A stretch of DNA of 64,000 bases from the NCBI GenBank assembly GCA_051362555.1, contig CM120641.1, forward strand, positions 49,234,401 to 49,298,400, in the 5' to 3' direction. This document shows, one piece after another, positions 51,767 through 64,000 of the stretch. Each line of letters opens with the position of its first letter. The stretch's first letter is position 1. Below the pieces are notes generated by a model, which did not search any database, was not told the DNA's origin, and saw only the letters and a program-made list of their open reading frames with translations. A program made the translations under genes and the position numbers. The stretch comes from Lingula anatina. Taxonomy: Eukaryota > Animalia > Brachiopoda.

Positions 51767-51897
51767 TAGGCTCCATAACTCGAAAGCAGCGCGCATTGCG
51801 ATATTAAAGCGATATCGCCCAGTAAATTCCTAGTTATGGGATCGAGACGCTTGCGCTCGGTCGCAATTCGCGATGATTTCGAGTAACGGAGGCCTGG
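51767..51897. mobile_element. Small foldback MITE
   Basis: ggctccataactcgaaagcagcgcgcattgcga is inverted against tcgcaattcgcgatgatttcgagtaacggaggcc. A further left-arm-like copy follows at ~51898. Confidence 0.55.
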
Positions 51898-52727
51898 GCA
51901 CCGTTACTGGAAAGCATCGCGTATTGCGAATAGCGATATCACATAGAGGCTATGATGTATTATATGGCTACTCAACATGTGGCCCCTGCAGATCGTGTCT
52001 TTTGATAAGATAAATTATTGTCGTCCCAATATTCAACTTTTAAAAACAACTCCAATAAGAAAACAAAGTAACCACTGTCAATAGTTATAGGAAAATTAGT
52101 AGCTAAAATTTACCATTTCTTCTACAGACCAGTCAGACTTCAGCAGGGAAATGAGGGCTGTGACAGGTATGACAACCTATCACCTCTCAGGTGTGCTGGT
52201 AACTTCAGTAGCTCAGGTACCCCCTTCCTTTGCTTTCCTCTACTTTCTGAGTAATTAATTTTTTAGCAAGGAGTATACAACTGTTTATTGAAAAGGTACT
52301 GCAATTGAAACTGTTCAACAGCACCAATTAACTAAAACATCTAAAGTTATATCTAGGCGCTTTAAAATAATAAGAAAACAATACTTATAAGAACAATGTA
52401 ACATAAATAATTTTAGATATCTGTCCTGAACGTCCAACATCATTTTTAAGAAATGGGAATGGTTAGCCTATCTTCGGTGTGCTTAGATCCTACATGTATA
52501 TAGCTTATGTTTTTCTCCATCTCAACTCTTGGCAAGTACACGTTCGTCATCTCGTCTCAAGACGTCTAATAAACTACACGATAGTTGTCACTTCAGGTGA
52601 TAGATGTTACTCTTTGCCTCAGGTAGTATGACTGGTCCATAGGGACCTATATCTCCAGCGGAGAAGTATTCACAGGCCGGGATGTACCGTAGTTTTAGAG
52701 TCACGAGGCACCAGTTAGCACTCGTAA

Positions 52728-53360
52728 ATGGCGCCAGCAAGGAAGCACATCCTGACCGGGGTCCTGGTAGTGACAGCCGGTGGAATACTTCTCTGGATGT
52801 ATATGTTCCAAGTCTTGGGACGTTACGATTACAAAGCAGTTAAAACGCTGTATGCGAAACAGGTAATTAAGGAATTAGGTAGTCTGTTCACTATAACGAC
52901 CGCAAAATAATTGTATCCACATGTTGTGTAGTTCTCATCATTTCGATTACATCATTCATGTCTAATCGATGTGTTTGCTTTGCCCAGGTTTTGTATTATA
53001 AACTATTACGTGTCAAGGGGGTGAACTCCCAAAGTACGATGAGTATAGGTAGGTTATGACCGGGCGTTTGCCTTTATGTAATAGATAGACCCCGAGTCAG
53101 CGAGGGTTATATGACATCCACTCGTGCTACGCACTCGTGTTTGCCACATAACCCTCGCTGACTCGGGGTCTATCTGTTACGTAAAGACAAGAGGTGCCCA
53201 CAAAATAATAAATACACGGAGGAACAAGATATCTTGGATCTCTTCGTCCCATATATGCCCACAGGTTATGACCAGGTGTTGAGCTATTGCTTGTCCCGAT
53301 TTTGGTGCATGTGTGTATTCAAATGTATAGGCAGATTCAGTTCGCTAAATGCACATTTGA

Positions 53361-53418
<58 letters not shown>

Positions 53419-54671
53419 GAGGAAAACCAGTATGTATATAGTTCATCTGTGCACACATTGCCTTGACTTTACCTCTTGTCTTTACATATGAAAAGAGCCA
53501 AAATATCCTCTCAGGTACATCTTGTTTGGAAGTCCACCCCCTTACGTCTGGGGAATATCTATACATGTACATCTCTCTGTCTTTCTATAAGGCTGTCTCC
53601 ATAGAAGCCAGTAAATATGGAGGAGCTATTTCACAGACGAAGAACGCCTCGTCACGGATTAAGGTCCCTGCTGTGCCAACTAACAGTACAGCCGACCAGT
53701 TTGTGGTGTATGAATGTCGACACTTATGTGGAGGTTGGGGAGACAGACTCCGTGGAATTATGTCCACCTTTGCCTGGTCCGTCCTCACTGGGAGACAATT
53801 CATCATAGAACACACTTGGCCTTGTGATTTACGTAAGTTTTTACAACCCAGGCCGCCCCTACGATGGGCTGACAACATTCCCCAGAGAAAAGGGATGACA
53901 ACAAGACGCTTTAACTTGATTGACAACAACGGCTTCTTGCAAGAAATTCAGAAAACCAAAAACTTGTCAGACACGTTCCATGAAAACGTCCTGAGATTTC
54001 ACACGAACGGAGACATGTTCCCCGGGTTTCGATATAACAAAGATTTACATAAAACAATTAGGCAGAGATATGGGGTCGGCTTTAAGGAGTTTACTTTTGA
54101 GAAGACGTTCAAAAGACAATACGACACTATCTTCGAAATGACACCTTATTTCAGTGAAAAATTCCAAGTTATATTATCTGAAGCAAAACCGACTATAAAG
54201 TCAAAATTAGCATGTTTGCAATTCCGACAACTATTCCAAGCGAACAATACACAAAAGAATGCATGGGCATTTTTGAAAAATATTACGAGCAGTTTCCAGT
54301 CCTATAAAATATTCGTAACGACTGACTCTGAGGAAATACGCAAGGAAGCAAAAGAGATATTTGGCAGCGTGATAGTGGACCCAGCAGGAGCTATTGGTCA
54401 TGTTGATCACGCCCCCAGGGCACAGAGGGAACACAACTGCCACCTGCTGGAAAAGACGCTTCTGGACTGGCATCTCCTGACTCAGTGTGACGTTTTACTT
54501 CATAGCAGAAGTGGGTACGGTCAGCAGGCCTCCATGATGAAGGAACCCTTCACAGATATTTATGCATTAGCATTTAATGGAACGATAACGAAACTTCAGA
54601 AACCTGACTTTAAACAACCTGGAGGATACATGGACACATTGTTCAGAAACATGACAGAAAAATATCAATAG
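52728..54671 (+). CDS. Type II membrane fucosyltransferase-like protein (alpha-1,2/1,6/O-FucT GT-B superfamily), copy 1, ~404 aa
   Basis: Exon 52728-52862 (signal-anchor HILTGVLVVTAGGILLWMYMF) plus exon 53592-54671. Motifs GGWGDRLRGIMSTFAWSVLTGR, ACLQFR (motif I), KIFVTTDS (motif II), DWHLLTQCDVLLHSRSGYG (motif III). Confidence 0.8.
53072..53187. mobile_element. Palindromic foldback MITE in the intron of FUT-like copy 1
   Basis: agatagaccccgagtcagcgagggttat / ataaccctcgctgactcggggtctatct arms around cactcgtgctacgcactcgtg. It is absent at the homologous site in copy 2 (~62335-62360). Confidence 0.75.
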
Positions 54672-56049
54672 TATCTTTCGCAGTTTACTTTGTACTAGGA
54701 AGTTCTTCATTTCAAGGAGATGTCAATAAGAAAAAAAAATAAATATTTATCATACTGCAATTCGCTATATTTTCATCTAACATTCATTTTTCTTTACATT
54801 TGAAAGATTGCTCAAAATTATAATATAATAAAAATGTTTTTAAAACTATTTATGATTTTATGAAAAGTCTGAAATGCTATCTTGAGATGACAGAAGGAAA
54901 AATAACACAAAATACCGGTACTATTCACTGCAGTGCTATATCACCTGCTGAAGGTGAGGTGTTTGGAATAACATTCGTTTGCCTTGTTTGTCATTATAAT
55001 CATAGAAACGTAAATAGGCCTGACAGCACAGGCGCGTGCACAGACCAACAATATTGTGAGTGGAAACTTGACACCGAAATAAACCGTTAGAAGTTTAAGA
55101 CGACACGAGCTTGCAGCACGTGCGATAGAAGGGATGCGAGTACAGACAACAAATATCCTCTATCACTGGGACGCCAATAAACCTTGGTAAAAACAACTTG
55201 TTTGCGCCCGACTTTTCGATTTATTAAGACAGAGTTGGCACCCCTTGCCAGGAAAATAATGCATTGTCCCTGATAATTACAAGAAATAAATTGCATTCTC
55301 ATAACCACACTCGTTTGTTATATAATGAGAGACGTAACATTTTTTCGAGAGGATAACTTACGTCCGGGTGATTTAACGAGTTGCCTTATTACCGAGTCAC
55401 AGTTTGACTATGGCTACTAACAATGCTTATACAAGAGAAGTCTATAACTGAATTACAAAGTCGAGAAAGCGTTAGTATTTAAAAGTCTTATCAAGTTTTT
55501 TAAATTTACTCATGAATTTTTATCACATTCATAAGTGCTTTTTTCACACTCTCGCCTAATGCAAGTGTGCGATGAATGCAGTGACCATAGCAACCATGTC
55601 AGAAAAAGAGCAATGTTTAGGTTATTAGTGTATCTGAGAAAGGTTCAATGTTTTTGTGCATGTGGAGTAGGAGAGTTTGTGACTATCAACGATGTTAAGA
55701 GTTGAAACAATTATTAAGCAAAGATTCAGCGTATCATAAGACAATTTGTACGTATTTTTTGTATTCATTGGCGATCAATAACAAAATTGCATACTGGTAT
55801 ACTTATCAATTACTGAGAAATTTATGGATACCATTTAAAAAAACGGTCAGAAATTACACTGAATAACACAAGTGCCAGAAAGTAGGTAAAGAATGACACA
55901 CTTGCTAGCGCTGACACAGGACAATTTCAGAAGTTTCACCAAGCTCTTCAGTAAACAAAAGAAGTCAACATTTAGTCATCTAGCTGCAAAAGGCCTATTA
56001 AGTAATACCCACATAATAAGTATTATCCACATATTACCCACATATTATG

Positions 56050-56780
56050 TACAGGGTTCAGATATGACGTTCTTGATGACCCAAGTAGCTGCCCAGTAAC
56101 TTGGTTTGTAAGTAATCTGCATATATGAATGCTCTGCGTGGACGGACATTTTTATCTTCTAAAATTGTTTCTTGAAAGCCCTCTAGCTAATGGGAGGTGG
56201 GTGGTATGTAGAATAATCCTGTATTTGACGTGGTTCAGGTATCCATCGACGACCAATTGGTTTTTGGCACCAACGTGAATAACACCCCAAATACATATGC
56301 TCCCACCACCCAGAGTCACTCTATGAGCGGCACACACTACGTCATATGCCTCTCCAGGATGTCTGCGAGCTCTAATTTAGCACCTTGGCGATACAGTTGA
56401 ACTTTTACGCCATAAATAAAAACTATATGGTTCCAGTGTTGTACTCGGAAACGTTAATGGTTCCCAACTCATCGCATATATAAAAGGCGGTGTTGAACTG
56501 TCCACAGAGGATTCTACCGAGGTCGTCTGGTATAGGGTGATATGCTTCAACTAGTCTGGCGTTTAAAAAGGGCATTAAAGACGTTTTTTGGTGACAATCT
56601 GCCCCTCATTCATGTGGCCAAGGATTACCTTCGTTGAGTTAATCATAAGGACAATGGCGTATAGTTCTTTGTGAAACAAAGATTTTTCTGACAATAGCTA
56701 TCTTCTTCGCATCATGCTGGCATAGAATAACAATGCTGTGATACACTGATTCGGTACGTGTACGCTCTGTAAAACCTGCC
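56050..56780 (-). pseudogene. Decayed Tc1/mariner transposase relic
   Basis: GGGSICIWGVIHVGAKNQLVVDGYLNHVKYRIILHTTHLPLAR...NNF matches the Tc1 DDE-domain GGGSVMVWG...G-LN...Y-IL motif. Flanks are frameshifted. Confidence 0.8.
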
Positions 56781-57288
56781 ACGTGTGCAAAATATCAAAA
56801 TCTTCTGTCCAGGCGTTGCCGCTAACTACACATTTTTATTCACATTATTAACATGAGTTGTTAATTAAAAAAAAAACGTCTTTTACCTGTCTGAACCTTT
56901 TGAACTGAAATATTCCACACAGTTATCGTAATTATACTGGTATTTGTACTTGCCATCGGACTACGTGCCGTCGACAGACACTAATAATCTGTTAAGAGGA
57001 AAAAAACAGGGACTAACTTTCAATATGGGAACGGATTCATTAACTATTGGTAAGTATTGGCAAGTTGTCCTTTATCCCAGGAAAATCCATTTTTGGCCAA
57101 AATAAACATTTGTTATGCCTTTAATTATGCAACCAACCACACGCAACATCTGAATAAATCAAATGATTTGAGTTCATCTACAATTTAAATGAAAGAAAAT
57201 TCAGAGCAAGGTATAATGCGGGTAAGACATGTTGTATTATAGTCCACATCTCTGTGGTGGTAGGATAGAATGAGCTCCATCTTGTCCA

Positions 57289-58124
57289 TGTGGACGTGAC
57301 GTTTGTCACGGGTCTATCCTTGGATCCTCAAATATCATTGGACGACCGCATGAAGTGATGACGTCATAACACAATTACACAAAAACACCGGCACATCTAA
57401 GGCAATGCTGAAGGTAAACGTAATGTCAATGTGTACAATTGAAATCAATTATTTAGTTTATTAATTTTTTTATTATTTCTTAAATATCAAAAACATTTTT
57501 TAAACGTGCATATTAAAATAGTTCATTGCCGTTGTTATTTATTTATGTAATGAAAATTACATTTTAATTAAAATGTGACATCGTAAACATTGTGTTGTCA
57601 AGTAAAATGAAGCGTCTGATACAAAGAATCAAACGCGGCATTCACGTGCTTGCTTGCGGTGCGTTCAGTGCACTTTGTTTACTCAGTACATTGGCATGTT
57701 GAGGTCAGAAACGCACAATTTTTTCTGTATAATATTACGCGGTTTTAATTTTGATTATACAAAAGGAATCAACAAATGATGACATAAAAACACCTGTGCT
57801 TTATTCTTATATTACACGGATTGCAATTGGATTTTATATGGGAGTGATATCAATACACAATGTGAGCATTGTGATGAATAATAGAGGCCTACAGACTAGG
57901 AATCAGATGTCCTATCTTTTACATAAGATTTTGTTATATAGACAGAGAAACGTTTTAATTCTAGGATTCACATTTTGCTTGGGTACTTGAAAATGCTTAC
58001 AAAACAAAGGTGTCTGTTGCAAATATGGAACTTAAATAAAGATGGAAGGGCACTGCTCATATTCGATCCTTTGTACTTCATTCTCACAGCGCATTCTAAA
58101 TTTTAATTTTATCCAGAAATGTAC

Positions 58125-58156
<32 letters not shown>

Positions 58157-59144
58157 ATAACTGATGCTATGACAAAATAAATGTGGAAGGCTTTAGATCA
58201 TTGATTTCGGAAATAGCTCTGAAACCAATTTTCAGACAAATTTCAATTGAATCTACATGGTAATTATGTGGAGGAGTAAATCATGTAAGTAAAACCGTCA
58301 TTTCATGAGAAATCTCTGGGGTCCGCCATATAGATAAACGTCCCAATAAAATATTCGTCCCGATAGATACGTCTCTATACATACACGTCTCAATATATTT
58401 ACGTCTCGTTAAATTTACGTGCCGATAGATCCACCAACAGTTTCCTATAACCCACGTATCTTTAGATCCAGGCACCGCTAGATCGTGGGTTTATGAGGAC
58501 GTCGTATCTATAGGAACGCAAATTTATAGGACGGTGGTAAAAAATCGGATCTATCGGTATTTAAATCTAAAAAGACGTTTTTTCAGTTTTCCCTTTATGT
58601 ATCTATCGGGAACGGGAGTATAGGGACCTGTAATATTTTGGGACTAAATTTTATCCGTACGTAAATCTAAACACCTTGCACACAAATGTATGTTACATTA
58701 TATAAGCTTTCAAAGTTCAAATTAAAGTCTTACACACGTGCACTTTAGTCACGTGTAATAACATTATGCATCAAAAGCAATTTTTCATTTACGTGTTTTA
58801 AAATAATTAAAATTCAACATATAACATAACATTATATATAGAAAGCTTATTATAAGAATGGTCTTTTTTGGAAAATGAAAGTGCGTGCCCCGAAGAGCCT
58901 TATGAATTAAGAAAATTATATATATATATTAATGCGCTTCATACAAATTACTTATGAAAAATATATATTTCACTTGGGATAACAATTACGGAAAAAGCCG
59001 ATTGGGATGGTAACTTTCTCGTCTTCACTTCAGCATTGCTTTAGATGTGCCGGTGTTTTAGTGTAATTGTGTTATGACGTCATCACTTCATGCGGTCGTC
59101 CAATGATATTTGAGAATCCAAGGATAGACCCGTGACGTTCACAT
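57289..59144. mobile_element. Non-autonomous element with ~110-120-bp terminal inverted repeats
   Basis: 57305-57413 (gtcacgggtctatccttgga...gcaatgctgaag) is the near-perfect reverse complement of 59028-59136. The interior is AT-rich and non-coding. Confidence 0.8.
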
Positions 59145-59274
59145 CGCTATTGTTTGCAAGTTTACGAGCATTCTCTTGGCCTCTCACGGGGTACGCTTCA
59201 AAATAGTCCGTGTACGGACTATTGCGTTTAATTTTTTCCTAACAGTATATCTGGAATGTATATTTCCAGCGATT

Positions 59275-62200
59275 ATGGCTACTGCAACGCGACATATCCT
59301 GACAGGGTTCCTGATCATGACAGCCGGCGGAATACTTCTCTGGATGTATATGTTCAACATCTCTGAACATTACGATTACAAAGCAGTTAAAACGCTGTAT
59401 GCTAGAAAGGTAAAGAATTATGTAAATTATGTAATCTGTTCACAAACGACCGCGACGTTAATGTTTCTATGTTTTATCTAGTTGTGACCACTGACAGCCC
59501 GGGAGCCACTGGTCTGCCGCTAGGTGGCTATTAAACAAACCGGAAGTTCGAGAATTTGAATTGGGCAATATTTTTTGAGATTTATAGGGTGTCATAAACG
59601 GTGTATTATCTCGGCTATTAACGTACTTGGGGTTACAATATGTACATTGTTATATTGAGAAATAAATTTCGAATAATGTGAGATGACCCAAAAGTTGATC
59701 TACAGCATATTTAATGTTGAAAAATGAGTTTGAAATCGAAATTTTATTAAAGCTATTACGGAAGTTCGTTTTTGATTTTGATATTTGTACCTATAGAGGC
59801 CTCCGCACAACTTGAAATTACTACAAGTTGTGGGAAATTTATTCAGCTTTCTGTCAATGTAAGCATGTAAAGAACTTTGCCTTAAGCTGTGAATGGCACA
59901 AATCAATTCACGGCCATGTCAGCCTGAAAACGCTCACTTACGATATCCGCATATAAGCCTCGCTTTGACTTAGTGCTTTCTCATGAGCTTCAGTCTCGTT
60001 TTAGTTTTTCCTTCACACAGTATTACTTATATAGAGCAACTGGGTATTGGGGACAATGAAATAATTTTTTTCTTGGCACTTACCACAAATACAAATGAAC
60101 TTTAACATTTTTTTTCATTGTAGATAAACCTTTTTATTACATGAGGCCAACTGATGAGGGTATTCCTTTCATTAAATATGAAAAATAACAAATGAAAGAC
60201 AATTTACATTTAATCACATTGCTATATATTTTATTTTAATTTTACATAAAATTCAATTAGCCTGAAATATTTTACCAGTGAGACATGTACATTGCAAAAT
60301 AGTTATTTTACATTACATTGTACATTAATTACCCAGTAGGTGATAATTCAATGCTACTTTACTTGATTGGTACACATTTATATATATTTAACCATCTAAC
60401 ACACAATTTCCCTTTACACAGTGGACCAGAATTTTTACAAATAATATAATTTCATAAATTTTCCCAAAGATGTCATGTTAATTTTCTTTCAGTGATACCA
60501 GGTATCAATCCATATTTGCATTTGAATAAACTTGTTTTACTTGTATTCTGATAAGTAGATATTATCTATAAGCTACACATATATAAAAAACCTGCACAGT
60601 AAAAATAAAACAATGTATTGTTAACTTAGTTGCACATACACTTTTAACTAACTTCATGTGGTTAAAACCTAAATTGATTTCACAAACTGCATTTCTATGT
60701 ACTGATAACCAATAACTATTTATATTAGCAAGAGCACATATTTTTCATCCCTTAGAAGTATCCCAGAGGTTGTGGTGTTCATTGCCACACAGCATTTGGA
60801 AATGATGGGCGCTTTTGTTATGATAATTGCACGGCAAAAGGAATAATCCTGGTCCCATTCATGCTATTCAAGCCTAGAATAAATAATAGAGTTTTTAAAA
60901 GAATATCATAAAAAAATTCTAACTACATTTATCAATTGCTCACACACATACACACTGAAATTAATCATAATTTATTGCAATCTTTGTAATAGGTAAACTG
61001 TAACAATCAATCTTAAACAGCACTATATTTACAATCTTTACCTTAAACTGCACTATTTATACTTAATTCATAACAGTGATTATTAAAAAAACATTTGAAA
61101 CTGAACTTTGGGCAAAGTTGCACACCCATCAAAATTCAAAAACCCAATTTGAATCAAGGCATGAAAAAATTAGAAAACACATGCAAGTCAGAGCACCACA
61201 TCACTATCATATGCCCTCATCATTGAAGAGCCTGTTTCATTTAATGTACATACACACATACATATATTATTCACCTTTTTTAAACTTGCATTTTTATGAC
61301 ATTCTTCTCCTCAAAACCCCCAACCAATGCAATAAAACTTATTTTGTGTTTACATGTTTTTTTTCTAAAAAAATTAACACAATTGATACATTAACCCCGC
61401 CCCCAGCAAAAAAGACATGATTTACGATTCATATATTTCAAAACATGCCTATGGTTAGTAAACGATACTGTATCTTTCACAACTACTGGTACCAATGCCC
61501 CCCCCCCTCCCCACCGCTTTGCAAACAAGTACTGGTACACCACGATATGCACATACGTATACGTGTATGCAGGTTGGATGACAATGTTATTTCGCAATCC
61601 ACTTCATCCTTTTCACATTAAAACACGAAGAAATTGCATGAGAAGCCAAGATTCAAACATTTCACTTATACGGTGACATTCATTCCATGCATGAGACCAG
61701 AAAGCCACTGCCATCACTCGATCAACTAAATGATAGGTACCCGGCACGGTGAATATACAGCTTGTTGGAAATGTTGAAATTCTACAAATTACAGGCCATC
61801 GCACATCTTAAAAATTTGATATGTTCAAAAACTATTGCCAAACTACGAAAAAACAGGAACAGATAAAGAAAAAAACCCTTAAGCTGCATTTGGCACAGTT
61901 CAAAAGTCAATGTTTACAATGACGTTTTGTGTGCGGCCATTTTGCTAATCGCCAGTAACTTTAGAGAATACTCAGTGAAATCGATACACGAAGACTTATT
62001 CGGTGTATAAAATGTAACTTAAGCATATACTGTATTGTCCCGTCAAATTCATTAGTATTTAAATCTACTGTTCATTCCACAAACACATGTACAACTTACC
62101 TGTCTCTATGCCTTCGTCTCCCGCCAAATTTTTTTGGGGCTACCACTCCACGTTTTGAAAACGAGGCCAAATCTAATATTTTCCAAAATAACCGTCAAAT

Positions 62201-64000
62201 CAGCCAGTGGCTCCCGGGCTGTGAAGTTAAATCATTTATGCATAATTTATGGGGGCGCTTTGCTCAGGTTTTGTATTATAAACTTTTTACGTGCCAAGGG
62301 GGTGAACTCCTAAAAAGGTAGGTCCTCATCGTGCGTTTTGCCTCTTTTTGTATGTAAAGACAAGAGGTGCACACGAAATAATTAATACACGGAGGAACTA
62401 GATGTCGTGAATCTCTGAGTCCCATATATGCCCATAAGATATGGCCCAGGTGCTGGAGGCCCCGATTTTAGGGCGCATTAAAATACATACGAAGGCTCAC
62501 TAAAGGATATTGTCACCCTTCACCATAAACTCCTTATTTAATGCCTTACATTCATTCTTTTGGGTAATTAATAAACCTTCAGTGTTCAGTGACTAAATTA
62601 ACATTTATGCATATGCCATTTATACATATGTCATAGGCAACTCAAAGCTTTAATCGTCAGTTTAACACCTTTCTATTTTGACGTCATAATTGCGATTTTG
62701 GGGTAAAAACTGAAAAATAGGTTTCTCAAATTTCTCTTTTACCTTAGCAACCACGATCACCGTTTTATTGACACCATTTAGAACTCGAAAACCCTGCCAG
62801 CGATTTTTCTTTAAAGTCTTAGTTCAGATTTTATCGTTGATAAAGCAAAATAATACCTTTGTTTATTGCAAATCTGTAATTAGGGGCTCATAACACCACA
62901 ACAAAAACATTTAAACCAAAATGACGGCATGGGATTGGTGCCTATACTCTCCTGGTCAACTCTGCCAATTTTTGTGATTAAATGTTGTTCGGGGTTGAAG
63001 TCACGCCCTATATCGCTTGCTATCTCACCTCAAAATAGAAAAGTGTTAAACTGACGATTAAAGTTTTGAGTTACCTATGCTTATACATTGCAACGAAAAA
63101 AATATAAACGCCGATATTTTATATTTTCGAGGGGTTTTTCATTTTTCTAAATCAGCACAAAGATATATGCATCATTGCATAATAAGATGCAGAAAAAACT
63201 CATTTTCGGTACCTGGATTATAATAAAAGGTTATACATGTAATTACCTTAATACAAATTTAAAATGCATAGGAAGGTTCAGTTCACTAAATGTACATTTG
63301 GGCCGAAGGAAATCAATATATATATAGCTGTTCCGTGCACACATTGCCTTGACTTTACCTCTTGTCTTTACATATGAAAAGAGCCAAAATATCCTCTCAG
63401 GTACATCATGTTTGGAAGTCAACCCCCTTTCGTCTGGGGAATATCTATACATGTACATCTCTCTGTCTTTCTATAAGGCTGTCTCCATAGAAGCCAATAA
63501 ATATGGAGGAGCTATTTCACAGACGAAGAACGCCTCGTCACGGATTAAGGTCCCTGCTGTGCCTAATAACAGTACAGGTGCCCGGTACGTGGTATACATG
63601 TGTCAACACTTATGTGGAGGTTGGGGAGACAGACTCCGTGGAATTATGTCCACCTTTGCCTGGTCCGTCCTCAATGGGAGACAGTTCATCATAGAACACA
63701 CTTGGCCTTGTGATTTACGTAAGTTTTTACAACCCAAGCCGCCTCTACGATGGGCCGACAACATTCCCCAGAGAAAAGGGATGACAACAAGACGCTTTAA
63801 CTTGATTGACAACAACAGCTTCTTGCAAGAAATTCAAAAAACCAAAAATTTGTCAGACACGTTCCATGAAAACGTCCTGAGATTTCACACGAACGGAGAC
63901 ATGTTCCCCGGGTTTCGATATAACAAAGATTTACATAAAACAATTAGGCAGAGATATGGGGTCGGCTTTAAGGAGTTTACTTTTGAGAAGATGTTCAAAA
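59275..64000 (+). CDS. Fucosyltransferase-like protein, copy 2 (truncated by window end)
   Basis: Exon 59275-59409 (MATATRHILTGFLIMTAGGILLWMYMF...) plus exon 63478 to >64000, nearly identical to copy 1 exon 2. Confidence 0.8.
59495..62221. mobile_element. 2.7-kb TIR element in the intron of FUT-like copy 2
   Basis: TIR cagcccgggagccactgg...ccagtggctcccgggctg with 3-bp TSD TGA (PIF/Harbinger-like TNA target). It is absent from the copy 1 intron. Confidence 0.8.
62632..63079. mobile_element. MITE with ~49-bp TIRs
   Basis: cataggcaactcaaagctttaatcgtcagtttaacacctttctattttga versus tcaaaatagaaaagtgttaaactgacgattaaagttttgagttacctatg. No clear TSD. Confidence 0.75.

Noticed and set aside
53362-53417. 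~56-nt poly(A) as a retrocopy tail (and the poly-Lys ORF 53234-53491)
   Set aside because: Flanks align with the paralogous intron with no inserted body or TSD, so it is more likely a homopolymer expansion of uncertain length.
61391-61804. Possible transposase remnants within the 59495-62221 element
   Set aside because: Short ORFs with no motif I can confidently assign; needs a translated profile search.

Overview
AT-rich, intron-rich animal genomic DNA (invertebrate, most plausibly a lophotrochozoan such as a mollusc; inferred from gene and TE style). Gene order: last exon of an arginase (+); a complete 32-exon Nup133 (-, 1864-34468, reconstructed CDS 3438 nt = 1145 aa); ZNRD2/SSSCA1 (+, head-to-head with Nup133); the 3' part of a large type-I membrane protein gene (-) with at least 7 Sushi/CCP exons, a TM helix, three cytoplasmic CCHC zinc knuckles and a ~2100-aa low-complexity tail; and two tandem fucosyltransferase-like paralogs (+). 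Introns hold an intact Bel/Pao LTR retrotransposon, a solo LTR, several TIR elements/MITEs and a Tc1 relic. The most striking pattern is that 15 of the 62 Nup133 splice junctions, plus one each in arginase and ZNRD2, are tandemly duplicated. Each repeat unit spans the exon/intron boundary and creates arrays of 2-15 splice-site copies. Two arrays are in frame and stop-free. The Sushi and FUT genes show none. All calls are by eye, without database searches.
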